Positions 1-9,068 of a stretch of 24,600 nucleotides of DNA are shown here, piece by piece. Each line of letters opens with the position of its first letter. Positions within the stretch are counted from its first letter, which is position 1. Made by a program: the position numbers and the translations under genes. A model generated the notes under the pieces. The model saw only the letters and a program-made list of their open reading frames with translations. It ran no database searches and was not told where the DNA came from. Origin of the DNA: a virus (taxonomy: Duplodnaviria; Caudoviricetes); the IMG/VR virus record IMGVR_UViG_3300030372_003832, positions 1 to 24,600 of that record. The stretch is one strand, 5' to 3'.

Positions 1-163
1 CTTTACTGTTTATACACGTAAAATTACAAGTTTACTGTTATATCAGTTTAAGTTCAAACTAAAACCAATATAAATGAACAATAAAAACGAACAATTAAAA
101 ATATTTTTGATATATATTTTAATAATTATTTTAGTAATTTTTTTCGGAATTAAAAATTAAAAA

Positions 164-349
164 ATGGCTCGGTTTAAATGTAAAAAATGCGGTAAAGAAA
201 AAAACATAATTAAGCAAACTATTGTTATTGTTATACGCAATTTGAGAGTTAAAGAAGCTCTTTGTGAATGTGGAGAGTATATGGAAAACATGGAAACTTA
301 TAAAGGATTCGGAACAAGTTTTAAAGCTGAAAATGATAAAATAAATTAA
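164..349 (+). CDS. Small Zn-ribbon-like hypothetical protein (61 aa)
   Basis: CKKC...CECG cysteine pairs; A-rich upstream region; stop overlaps terS start (TAATG). Confidence 0.7.
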   Translation: MARFKCKKCGKEKNIIKQTIVIVIRNLRVKEALCECGEYMENMETYKGFGTSFKAENDKIN

Positions 350-825
350 TGGGGAAAGGAAGAAAAAAAACACCTACGAAAATAAAGGAGATGCAAGGAA
401 CGCTTGAGAAAAGCAGAACAATTGAAAATGAAATGGTTGTTGATTTGGTTACTGAATTGCCAACTGCTCCTGAATGGCTTTCTGAAATTGGCAAAGAGGA
501 ATGGAACAAAGTTACAACTCAATTGTTTAATTTAGAAATGCTTTATTCAGTTGATCTTAGATTGGTTGAAGCTTATTGCAATGAGATAAGTTTATATTTG
601 GAATGTGAAATGAAGCTCAGAAAAGAAAACAGAATTGATGAGTTTCAATCTTCAGAGGGAAACATTTTAAGGCGTCAAGCATCTCCTTTAGTTAAAATGA
701 AAAATGACGCTTTAAATAACAGTCTTAAATTGGCTGCTCAATTTGGTTTAACACCAGTTGCAAGAGCTTCAATTGCTGCACCTGTAACGAATAACAATAC
801 TCAGATAAACAACTATTTTGACTAA
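349..825 (+). CDS. terS: Terminase small subunit (P27-family-like)
   Basis: GRKKTPT N-terminus, APEWLS...EEW, C-terminal FGLTPVARA; directly upstream of terL. Confidence 0.92.
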   Translation: MGKGRKKTPTKIKEMQGTLEKSRTIENEMVVDLVTELPTAPEWLSEIGKEEWNKVTTQLFNLEMLYSVDLRLVEAYCNEISLYLECEMKLRKENRIDEFQSSEGNILRRQASPLVKMKNDALNNSLKLAAQFGLTPVARASIAAPVTNNNTQINNYFD

Positions 826-2359
826 GTTTTATTTTGACAAAGAAGCCGCTTCAAAGGCTATAGGATTTATTGAAACTTTTTGTACTCACACAAAAGGAGA
901 GCTAGCTGGCAAACCTTTACTTTTGGAAGATTGGCAAAAAAAAATAATAGGAGATTTATTTGGATGGAAACAAGAGAATGGATTGAGGAAATATAGAACA
1001 GCTTTTATTGAGATTCCAAGAAAGAACGGAAAGAGCACACTGTGCGCGGCAATAGGTTTATATATGTTATTTGCAGATGATGAAAGAGGATCAGAAGTTT
1101 ATTCAGCTGCTGGGGATAGAGCTCAAGCGGGGATTGTTTTTGAGATAGCTAAAAGAATGATAATAACAAATCCTGAATTAACTAAGCGCTCAAAAGTTTT
1201 TAGAAACTCAATAACAAATGAAAGTAAAGGAAATTTTTATCAAGCAATTTCTTCTGATTCTAAAACTAAACACGGCTTCAATGCTAACTGTATTATATTT
1301 GATGAATTACATACTCAGCCAAATAGAGATTTATGGGACACTCTTTTAACATCAACAGGAAGTAGAAGGCAGCCGTTATGCATTGCAATAACAACAGCTG
1401 GTTATGATAGACAATCAATCTGTTATGAGGTTTATGATTATGCAAAAAAAATAAAGGATGAAATTATTGAAGATTCAAGTTTTTATTCTTCAATTTATGA
1501 GGCTGATTTGGATGATGATATAACAGATGAAGAGGTATGGAAAAAAGCAAATCCAAATTATGGAATTAGTTTAAGGAAAGAATATATGAAAAGAGAATCT
1601 CAAAGAGCGGTTGATGTTCCATCATATCAAAATACTTTTAAAAGATTGATGTTAAATATGTGGACTGATTCTCAAACTGCTTGGATTGGTGCAAAGGAAT
1701 GGGAACTTTGTCAAGGAGATATTGATTTAAAAGAATTAAAGAACAAAGAATGCTGGGCTGGATTGGACTTAGCATCCACAAGAGATATATCAGCTTTAGT
1801 TTTATTGTTTAAAGAAGATGAAAAGTTTATTATTGTTCCATACTTTTTTATTCCTGAAGATAACGCAAAGAAAAGAAGTGAAAGAGATAAGGTTGACTAT
1901 ATTACTTGGCACAATCAAAATCATTTAACATTTACAAATGGAGATGTTGCTGATTATAATTTCATAAAAGAAAAAATAATGGAACTTGGAAACGAATTTA
2001 GGATTCAAAGTATTTGTTATGATAGATGGAACGCTTCTCAATTAGTTATTGATTTAACAAATGAAGGTGTTCCAATGGAGCCATTTGGCCAAGGATTCCA
2101 ATCAATGGCCGCTCCATCAAAACAATTAGAATCATTAATTTTAAGTAAACAAATTTTACATAATGGAAATCCAGTTTTAAAATGGATGATTTCAAACACT
2201 GTTATGGAAGAAGATGCTGCTGGAAATATAAAAGCATCAAAGAAAAAAAGTAGTGAAAAAATTGATGGGGTTGTTTCTTTAATAATGAGTTTGGGCTCCT
2301 ACATGACTGAGGGAGATGTAAGTTCAGTTTATAATGAAAGAGGATTGTTAATATTATGA
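818..2359 (+). CDS. terL: Terminase large subunit (HK97-like cos-packaging type)
   Basis: Walker A IPRKNGKS, Walker B IIFDELH, ITTAG coupling motif, nuclease GLDLAS and KIDGVVS. Confidence 0.97.
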   Translation: MTKFYFDKEAASKAIGFIETFCTHTKGELAGKPLLLEDWQKKIIGDLFGWKQENGLRKYRTAFIEIPRKNGKSTLCAAIGLYMLFADDERGSEVYSAAGDRAQAGIVFEIAKRMIITNPELTKRSKVFRNSITNESKGNFYQAISSDSKTKHGFNANCIIFDELHTQPNRDLWDTLLTSTGSRRQPLCIAITTAGYDRQSICYEVYDYAKKIKDEIIEDSSFYSSIYEADLDDDITDEEVWKKANPNYGISLRKEYMKRESQRAVDVPSYQNTFKRLMLNMWTDSQTAWIGAKEWELCQGDIDLKELKNKECWAGLDLASTRDISALVLLFKEDEKFIIVPYFFIPEDNAKKRSERDKVDYITWHNQNHLTFTNGDVADYNFIKEKIMELGNEFRIQSICYDRWNASQLVIDLTNEGVPMEPFGQGFQSMAAPSKQLESLILSKQILHNGNPVLKWMISNTVMEEDAAGNIKASKKKSSEKIDGVVSLIMSLGSYMTEGDVSSVYNERGLLIL

Positions 2360-2562
2360 TAGAAGATAAAATAATTTTAATTTCGGCAGATGGCTTTGTT
2401 AAAGAGTTTTGGAACAGAGCAAAAAAACACAAAACACTTATTGCGGCTTATGAAGATTTGGAAAATGATTTTCAAAAAACTTTTGGAAAAAGGCGTTATT
2501 CAGATTATAATTCTTTCCGAATTTGCAGAGATAGAAAAGTTAAAAACAGAAATTCTATTTAA
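2356..2562 (+). CDS. Hypothetical helical, basic protein (68 aa)
   Basis: ATGA overlap with terL stop; basic C-terminus GKRRYSDYNSF. Confidence 0.7.
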   Translation: MIEDKIILISADGFVKEFWNRAKKHKTLIAAYEDLENDFQKTFGKRRYSDYNSFRICRDRKVKNRNSI

Positions 2563-2584
2563 CATAATATTATTTATATACTAA
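2557..2584 (-). other. dif-like XerCD recombination site
   Basis: Minus strand reads TTAGTATATAA-ATAATA-TTATGTTAAAT: 11-6-11 layout, exact canonical XerD arm, inner ATAA/TTAT symmetry. Confidence 0.7.
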
Positions 2585-2591
2585 ATTTTCT

Positions 2592-2619
2592 ATTTAACAT
2601 AATAAAAAATATGTATTTT
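2592..2619 (-). other. Second, degenerate dif-like site
   Basis: Minus strand AAAATACATAT-TTTTTA-TTATGTTAAAT: exact XerD arm, weak XerC arm; part of 17-bp direct repeat TTCTATTTAACATAATA (2553-2569, 2588-2604). Confidence 0.5.
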
Positions 2620-2686
2620 TCCCTTATCTAGCAAATCAACGAACTATTTTTTTTAATATATATATACTAAAAAAGGTTAAAAACGT

Positions 2687-2719
2687 CTTAAAACAAATAT
2701 TTAACACCTTAAAACAAAT
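2687..2719. repeat. 12-bp direct repeat CTTAAAACAAAT
   Basis: Exact copies at 2687-2698 and 2708-2719 (21-bp period). Confidence 0.75.
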
Positions 2720-2765
2720 GTAACAATGTTGCAGAAAACAGCTAAAAAATAGACGTATAATTGCA
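2719..2765 (+). promoter_or_regulatory. Putative late promoter with upstream palindrome
   Basis: Imperfect inverted repeat TGTAACA-A-TGTTGCA (2719-2733), then TATAATTG (2756-2763), one mismatch to the Bacteroidota -7 box TAnnTTTG, just before portal. Confidence 0.45.
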
Positions 2766-2777
2766 AAAAATTATATA

Positions 2778-3965
2778 GTGGGCATACTGCAATCAATTCA
2801 AAACATCTTTTCAAGAACACCAAAAAACGAACAAAGGAGCATAAATTATAGCTTACCATTTGGGCCAAATCAAACAGTATCTCCAACAACCGCTTTAACA
2901 TTTTCAGCTGTTTGGGCTGCAATGAGATTACTTTCTGAAAGTATTTCAACACTGCCAGTTGGTGTATTTAGAAGAGAAAATAATGGAGATAATATTGAGG
3001 TAAATACTGATTTATCTTTTTTAATTAAATATCAGCCAAACACATATCAAAATAAAATTACTTTTTACGAAAAGATTATTATGGATATGTTATCAGATGG
3101 AAATTCTTATGTTCAAATAATTAGAAATAGAAATGGAAGAGTTTTAGAATTACTTCCTTTAAATTATGGAGATGTAGAAACTTACACTTTAGATAATAAA
3201 TTATATTATTCTAATGAAAAATCTGGAGAAACAATTGATTCAGAAAACATGCTTCATTTTAAAATGATTACAGGGCCTGATGGAATCACAGGTCTTTCTC
3301 CAATTGAACAATGTAAAAATGCTATTGGATGGGGAATGGATGTTCAAGAATATAGTTCAACATTTTTTAAAAATGGAGGAAAATTGTCGGGGATTTTGGA
3401 GAGTGATAGGCAATTGTCGGAACAAGCCATTGATAGGTTAAGGAACAGCTTTAACAAAAATTATGGAACGCTCAGCGGAGCTAATCAAACGGCAGTTTTA
3501 GAAGAGGGGCTGAAATACAAAAGTATCTCAGTAACCCCCGACCAAGCTCAGTTCTTAGCGTCAAGACAATTCTCAGTTGAGGAGGTTGCAAGAATTTTCG
3601 GTTTACCTCCACACTTATTAAGAGATTTAAGTAAATCCTCTTTTAATAATATTGAAATGCAATCTCAAGAATTTGTTTCTTATTCATTGATGCCTTATAT
3701 ATCAAAAATAGAGTTAGAAATGAGTTTAAAATTATTCAGAAGAAATGCTATTGGGAGAGAATATATTAAATTCAATGTCAATGGTTTACTGAGAGGAAAC
3801 GTAAAAGATAGAGCTGATTATTATAAAACAGCAATTACAAATGGATGGATGACTGTTAACGAGGTTAGACAAAAAGAAGATTTAAATAGAGTTCAAGATG
3901 GAGATAGTAATTACATTCAAATGAACATGACTACAATTGATAAAATAGGAGAGGATGCCAGCTGA
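2778..3965 (+). CDS. Portal protein, HK97 family
   Basis: SAVWAAMRLLSESISTLP, GNSY, MLHFK, GLSPI, EEVARIFGLPPHLL, GWMTVNEVRQKEDL; GTG start. Confidence 0.96.
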   Translation: MGILQSIQNIFSRTPKNEQRSINYSLPFGPNQTVSPTTALTFSAVWAAMRLLSESISTLPVGVFRRENNGDNIEVNTDLSFLIKYQPNTYQNKITFYEKIIMDMLSDGNSYVQIIRNRNGRVLELLPLNYGDVETYTLDNKLYYSNEKSGETIDSENMLHFKMITGPDGITGLSPIEQCKNAIGWGMDVQEYSSTFFKNGGKLSGILESDRQLSEQAIDRLRNSFNKNYGTLSGANQTAVLEEGLKYKSISVTPDQAQFLASRQFSVEEVARIFGLPPHLLRDLSKSSFNNIEMQSQEFVSYSLMPYISKIELEMSLKLFRRNAIGREYIKFNVNGLLRGNVKDRADYYKTAITNGWMTVNEVRQKEDLNRVQDGDSNYIQMNMTTIDKIGEDAS

Positions 3966-4770
3966 AGAATGTAATAATGGAAAATGGAAATGGGGAGAAA
4001 CTGGGGAATGTAAATATGAAACTCAGGAAGAAGCCGAAAAGGATAATGAAGATTATTACTTAGAAGAAAACAAAGAAGAAAAATGCGATAAGTGTGAGGA
4101 GCCATGCGGCTCATGTGATGAGGAAATAAGAAACATTTGGGATAATAAATATAATAATATAAGTATGGAAAAAAGACTATTTAACATTGAAAACAGATTT
4201 GAAACAAAAGAAGATGGCCAAGAAGTGGTTGTTGGATATGGAAGCATATTTAACAGTAAATCAGAGAATCTCGGAGGCTTCTATGAATTTATATCTCCAA
4301 CTGCAATTAGTGAAGAAACAATTGCAAAATCAGACACAAGAGCCCTGATAAATCATGACCAAAATCTAATTTTAGCAAGACAAAGTGCTGGAACTTTAAA
4401 GCTTTCAATTGATGAAAAAGGATTGAAATATGAATTTGAAATTCCTGAAACTTCTTATGGAAAGGATTTGTCAATAAACATGAAAAATGGAAATATAAAT
4501 CAATCAAGTTTCGCTTTTACAGTTGCTGATGATGAATGGAGCACAGATGAAGATGGAAATGATATAAGAACAATTACTTCCATTGATAGATTATATGATG
4601 TGAGTCCTGTTGTTTATCCTGCTTATTCTCAAGCGGATTCTGATTTAGTTGTTGCAAAAAGAGGTTTGGCAATGTATAAAGAAAAACAAGAAATAAAAGA
4701 AGAGGAAAACGATTTAGTGATGCGTTCGCTAGCGAAACTAAAAATTGAATTAATAAAGCGAAAAAAATAA
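3955..4770 (+). CDS. Prohead maturation protease, HK97 family, with acidic Cys-rich N-terminal extension
   Basis: GYGSIFN, LINHD (His), QSSFAF (Ser), LYDVSPVVYPAY; core begins near Met71 (4165). Confidence 0.94.
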   Translation: MPAEECNNGKWKWGETGECKYETQEEAEKDNEDYYLEENKEEKCDKCEEPCGSCDEEIRNIWDNKYNNISMEKRLFNIENRFETKEDGQEVVVGYGSIFNSKSENLGGFYEFISPTAISEETIAKSDTRALINHDQNLILARQSAGTLKLSIDEKGLKYEFEIPETSYGKDLSINMKNGNINQSSFAFTVADDEWSTDEDGNDIRTITSIDRLYDVSPVVYPAYSQADSDLVVAKRGLAMYKEKQEIKEEENDLVMRSLAKLKIELIKRKK

Positions 4771-4796
4771 ATAATAATAATAAAAAATTTTTTAAA

Positions 4797-6035
4797 ATGA
4801 AATCAAGTATTGAATTGAAAGAAATGAGAAATGATATTATTGATTCTTTAGAAGTTATCAAAGAAACTGCAACAGCAGAAGAAAGAGATTTAACTTCAGA
4901 AGAGAATAATGACATGGATTCACTTCTTAAAAAAGCAGATGATTTGTCTGTTAAAATTGAAAGAGCTGAGAAAGTTGAAACTGAAATTAGAAATAATGTT
5001 AAGTTTGCTGGAACACCAGTTCAGAAAGTTAGTGTAGAAAAAGAGAAAAGAGAATGGAGCTTATTTAAAGCAGTTAGAGAATTAAGTAATGGAGGTCAGC
5101 TTACTGGACTTGAAGCAGAAATGCATCAAGAGTCTGAAAGAGAAGCTAGAAAATCTTTGCAAGGTATTGGTATTCCATCAATATTAAAAGAGGAAAGAGC
5201 TGTAATTGACCAAGGCACGTCTGCTATTGCTCCAACTGCTGTTGGTGCTTTTGTTGATGCTTTACAAGCTTCTGGACTTTATAACAGAGTAGGAATAAAC
5301 AATTTAGGAACTGTTGCTGCTGATACTGTTCTTCCAATCGCTGGAGGCTCAACTGTTGGATGGAACACTGAAAATGGGGCTTCTGCTGATGGTGGCGCTG
5401 ACTTTGGAAAAGTTACTTTATCTCCAAACAGAATTACAGGATATGCAGATTTGTCAAATGTTATTTTAGCTCAAAACGGGCCAGCTGCTGAGGCTTCTGT
5501 TATGAATGACATGGGAAGAAATATGGCAACTCAAATTGATGCTGCTATGTTTGGCTCTTCTAATGTTTCAAATGCTCCTGGCTGTATCGTTGGAACTTCA
5601 GGGACTTTAGATTTTACTGAAGCAAGTTTTGGAACTGGCTCAATTGCTTCTGATATGTTAGAAGCTATTCAAACTATTGCTGATGACCACGGCTTAGATG
5701 GAAATCTTTCTTTCGTTAACTCTTGGGAGCTTTATTCAGCTATCAAGAAAGAAGCTCAAGTTTCTTCTACTTATCCATTATATGTTGATGATAGATTAGC
5801 GGGTTATCCAGGTTACTTCTCTTCTGCTCCCGCTTCTTCTGCTGGTGCGTCTGGAGATGGAATGTTCGGTGATTTCAGTAGAGTATATTTTGCACAATTC
5901 GGGCCTTCAAATGTGATTGTAGATCCTTATTCTGCTGCTGGAACAGGTGCTGTTCGTTTAATAATGAACAATTATTTTGACTGGGGCGTTGCTTCTGGTG
6001 CTTCATTTGTAAAATATACTACACTAACAGCGTAA
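4797..6035 (+). CDS. Major capsid protein, HK97 fold
   Basis: N-terminal coiled-coil delta-like region, VGWNTEN, VTLSPNRI, MFGDFS, VDPYS; follows the protease. Confidence 0.93.
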   Translation: MKSSIELKEMRNDIIDSLEVIKETATAEERDLTSEENNDMDSLLKKADDLSVKIERAEKVETEIRNNVKFAGTPVQKVSVEKEKREWSLFKAVRELSNGGQLTGLEAEMHQESEREARKSLQGIGIPSILKEERAVIDQGTSAIAPTAVGAFVDALQASGLYNRVGINNLGTVAADTVLPIAGGSTVGWNTENGASADGGADFGKVTLSPNRITGYADLSNVILAQNGPAAEASVMNDMGRNMATQIDAAMFGSSNVSNAPGCIVGTSGTLDFTEASFGTGSIASDMLEAIQTIADDHGLDGNLSFVNSWELYSAIKKEAQVSSTYPLYVDDRLAGYPGYFSSAPASSAGASGDGMFGDFSRVYFAQFGPSNVIVDPYSAAGTGAVRLIMNNYFDWGVASGASFVKYTTLTA

Positions 6036-6051
6036 GTATAATAATAATTCT

Positions 6052-6091
6052 AAAAAAAGGGCTGGTTATAATTAGCCAGCTCTTTTTTTTT
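6052..6091 (+). terminator. Intrinsic terminator after the capsid gene
   Basis: Stem GGGCTGGTTA/TAGCCAGCTC (6059-6082), loop TAAT, flanked by A7 and T9. Confidence 0.85.
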
Positions 6092-6104
6092 AAAACAATT
6101 TAAA

Positions 6105-6683
6105 ATGTATAGAAGTTTAAAAGTAGACACAGCGGCAACAACGCCAATATTTACAACAGCAGAAGCGAAAGATTTTCTTAAAGTTGACACAACTGCTGAT
6201 GATACAATAATTGATAATTTGGTGGCTGCTGCAACTGAATCTTGTCAAATATATACAAATCAATATTTTATTAATACAGTTGTAACTCAATACAGTGATA
6301 ATTGGAAAGAGTTTTATTCTTTATATAAAAGCCCTGTTTCTTCAATAACACATATAAAATATTATGATACAAATGACAGTTTGCAAACTTTAGCTGCTTC
6401 AAATTACATTTTAGATGATACTTATGAGCCAGCAAGAATTGGAATTGCAGTTGATGGAGAATTGCCAAATGTTGCTGATAGAATAAACGCTGTTCAGGTT
6501 AAATATACTGTTGGATATGGAACGGCTTCAACTGATGTTCCTGAAGGAATTAGAACAGCAATTATTTTAACTGTTGGAAATTGGTATGAAAACAGGCAGA
6601 GCGTTATTACAGGCCGAACAGCAACAGAGCTTCCTTTGTCAAGTCAATATTTATTAGACCAGTTTAAAATTCAAGTATGTTAA
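6105..6683 (+). CDS. Head-tail connector (HK97 gp6/SPP1 gp15-like, long form)
   Basis: EAKDFLKVD...DDTII, VPEGIRTAIILTVGNWYENR; position after capsid. Confidence 0.88.
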   Translation: MYRSLKVDTAATTPIFTTAEAKDFLKVDTTADDTIIDNLVAAATESCQIYTNQYFINTVVTQYSDNWKEFYSLYKSPVSSITHIKYYDTNDSLQTLAASNYILDDTYEPARIGIAVDGELPNVADRINAVQVKYTVGYGTASTDVPEGIRTAIILTVGNWYENRQSVITGRTATELPLSSQYLLDQFKIQVC

Positions 6684-7006
6684 GCATCGGCCAACTTGAT
6701 AGAAGAATAGAAATCAAAGCTCCAACTTACACAACGAATAAGTATGGAGAAAAAACTAAAACATTTGCTTTGCGTTATACAGTGTGGGCTCATGTAGATT
6801 GGAAGTCAAGCAAAAGAAAAGAAGAATCCCAAGAACAAGTTCAAACAACAGATGTTGTTTTTTACATTAGAAATTTAGATATAACAATTGATGGAACAAA
6901 TGAAATTACATTTGATTCAAAAGTTTATGTTATTCATGGGATAAAACAAATAGATGGAAGAGAAAGATTTTTGGAAATAGAAACAAAATTAAAAGACAAT
7001 AACTAA
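6677..7006 (+). CDS. Head closure protein (SPP1 gp16-like)
   Basis: IGQLDRRIEI, VWAHV, FYIR; synteny. Confidence 0.85.
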   Translation: MLSIGQLDRRIEIKAPTYTTNKYGEKTKTFALRYTVWAHVDWKSSKRKEESQEQVQTTDVVFYIRNLDITIDGTNEITFDSKVYVIHGIKQIDGRERFLEIETKLKDNN

Positions 7007-7533
7007 TGTTTAAGGCTGAGATTGACAAACAAAATTTAAAAGATATTATGACTTTATTTAACAATCTGCCAAATAGAGTTAATAAAGATGCAGTATGGGG
7101 GCGTTTTTGGAAAAAAGTTACTGTTCCAATGCAGAAAGCGGCCGAATCAAAAGCTCCAGTTGCTGATAAAAATATTCCTTATCCACCAGACAAAAGTTTG
7201 ACAATTGAAAAAGGAACATTAAAAAAATCAATTAAATTTTATAGAACAAGAGCTTCAAAACAAAAAGGTGTTTATGGAGCTTATATAGGGCCAAGAGTAA
7301 AAGGAAAATTTAAGAAAAATAAAGGGGGTTATTTTGGTGCTTGGGTTGAATATGGCCATAAGATAGCTCACAAAGGAGGAATGACAAAAGCCTTTCCATT
7401 TATGGAGCCTGCTTTTAAACAAACAAGCGGAACAGTTTTAAAAAATGGAATGGCAGACGCTGAAAAGATATTTGATAAAGCAGTTCAGGCAGATGCAAGA
7501 AGATTAAAAAAATATGGTAGATTAGGATATTAA
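7006..7533 (+). CDS. Neck protein, HK97 gp10-like
   Basis: APV...GTLKKSI, WVEYGH, PFMEPAF motifs. Confidence 0.85.
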   Translation: MFKAEIDKQNLKDIMTLFNNLPNRVNKDAVWGRFWKKVTVPMQKAAESKAPVADKNIPYPPDKSLTIEKGTLKKSIKFYRTRASKQKGVYGAYIGPRVKGKFKKNKGGYFGAWVEYGHKIAHKGGMTKAFPFMEPAFKQTSGTVLKNGMADAEKIFDKAVQADARRLKKYGRLGY

Positions 7534-7534
7534 A

Positions 7535-8620
7535 ATGGATATAGGAAAAGCAATATATAAAATTTTAAATGATAACATTGCAGTTGAATCATTAGTTTCA
7601 ACAAGAATTGAGCCAAATGTTATGAAACAAACATCTCAATTTCCTTTTATTGTTTATGATGTTTCTAATGATACACCAGAAGGCCAAAAAGATTCTGTTG
7701 CTTTATTGGATGATGTTTCAGTGATGGTGTCTGCATATTCTAAAACTTATTCAGAAGCTTCAAAATTAGGAAATTATATTAGAACTGCTTTAGATAGAGT
7801 AAATGGCCTTTATAATGGTGTTAACATTCAAGCTATTGATTTTGATAGCTATGATGATGTTTTTGATGATATGAGCGGCTCTGATGGTATATATAGAAAA
7901 TCATTAAACTTTAATATTAGAGTTTTAAATTCATTCAACAATATTTATTCAACTCATTTTGATGGGGTTGATGATTATGTTTCTTTAGGCGTTACAGGAA
8001 TGGACGCAATGAAAACAACAGGATCAATTTCTGCTTGGTTTAAATTAGAAACAATTACAGCTAGCGGGGTTTTGTTTGAAGGAAGAGTTGACACTAATAA
8101 TAAATTTAATATTTTTTATCATGCTAGCAGTAACGAAGTAAGGACAACTTATAAAGCTGGAGGAACAATAAACACAGCAGTTACAACAGATGCAGTTGAA
8201 AATGATGGTTTGTGGCATCACGTGGCTGCAACTTGGGATAGCTCAGGAAACATAAAATTATATTTAGATGGAACATTAAAAGCGACAACATCCATTTCAG
8301 GAACTTTTTCTGGAAGCATTGCAACTTCTGCAATTGGAAACAATTCAGCTGCTAACAATTATTGGAAAGGTAATATAGATGAAGTTAGCATTTATAACTC
8401 AGAGTTAACAGCTTCAAATATTACAACTCTTTACAATAATGGATTGCCTTATACAGTGGCTGCAGAAACTGGAATAATTGGATGGTGGAGAATGGGAGAT
8501 GGAGGAATTGTTGGAGATCCTATTGCAACATATCCAACAATAGTTGATGAAACTGGAAATAATAATGGAACAATGACAAACATGACATCAACAGATTTTC
8601 AAGCTGATGTTCCTGAATAA
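7535..8620 (+). CDS. Tail completion/terminator (DUF3168-like) fused to C-terminal LamG/ConA-like domain
   Basis: Residues ~1-131: FPFIVY, IRTALD; residues ~135-361: FDGVDDYV, SISAWFK, WHHVAATWD, LYLDG, GNIDEVSIYN, GWWRMGDG. Confidence 0.82.
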   Translation: MDIGKAIYKILNDNIAVESLVSTRIEPNVMKQTSQFPFIVYDVSNDTPEGQKDSVALLDDVSVMVSAYSKTYSEASKLGNYIRTALDRVNGLYNGVNIQAIDFDSYDDVFDDMSGSDGIYRKSLNFNIRVLNSFNNIYSTHFDGVDDYVSLGVTGMDAMKTTGSISAWFKLETITASGVLFEGRVDTNNKFNIFYHASSNEVRTTYKAGGTINTAVTTDAVENDGLWHHVAATWDSSGNIKLYLDGTLKATTSISGTFSGSIATSAIGNNSAANNYWKGNIDEVSIYNSELTASNITTLYNNGLPYTVAAETGIIGWWRMGDGGIVGDPIATYPTIVDETGNNNGTMTNMTSTDFQADVPE

Positions 8621-8624
8621 AGAT

Positions 8625-8858
8625 ATGGAAAAAAAGTATGTTATAATAAATAAAGAGTATGTTAATTCAGTTGATTTTCAAAAGGTAATTGAAACATCTG
8701 AAGCAACTTTAAGATATAATTTAGATGGAACTAAAACAATAATTAAATTTATTGGAGAAGTGCCTTCTTTTTTGGATGGGGATAAAATATATTCTCATGA
8801 TGAAATTATTGAAACAATCAACAATCCAGATAATGGTTGGATTGACACAAACGAATAA
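8625..8858 (+). CDS. Small hypothetical protein following the LamG fusion (77 aa)
   Basis: ORF track start is 8607; ATG at 8625 just after the upstream stop is preferred; VDFQKVIETS...LRYNLDGTKT. Confidence 0.7.
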   Translation: MEKKYVIINKEYVNSVDFQKVIETSEATLRYNLDGTKTIIKFIGEVPSFLDGDKIYSHDEIIETINNPDNGWIDTNE

Positions 8859-8863
8859 AAAAA

Positions 8864-9043
8864 ATGAAATTTGAATTAAAGAGAAGATACGTTGTTAACT
8901 CAATTAAAACGCTAGAAGCTGGAGCGATAATTGATGTAACGCAAGAAAAATATCAATGGCTTGAAGAGAATGGATATGGAGAGCCACAAGAAAAAAAGAG
9001 TAAGAAAACAAAAAAAGCTTCAGATGAGAAGCAAGATAATTAA
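8864..9043 (+). CDS. Small hypothetical protein with Lys-rich tail (59 aa; not in ORF track)
   Basis: MKFELKRRYVVNSIKTLEAGAIIDVTQEKYQWLEENGYGEPQEKKSKKTKKASDEKQDN; fills the gap, A-rich start. Confidence 0.7.
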   Translation: MKFELKRRYVVNSIKTLEAGAIIDVTQEKYQWLEENGYGEPQEKKSKKTKKASDEKQDN

Positions 9044-9068
9044 TTATAAATTTATAAAATAAAAAAAA

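Noticed and set aside
2390-2584. Alternative-frame + ORF overlapping the 68-aa gene (likewise 13382..13567 and 22186..22422)
   Set aside because: Overlap better-supported, translationally coupled ORFs; no motifs
2553-2719. Direct repeats as a mini CRISPR array
   Set aside because: Only two copies each, 12-17 bp, with gaps too short for spacers; no cas genes
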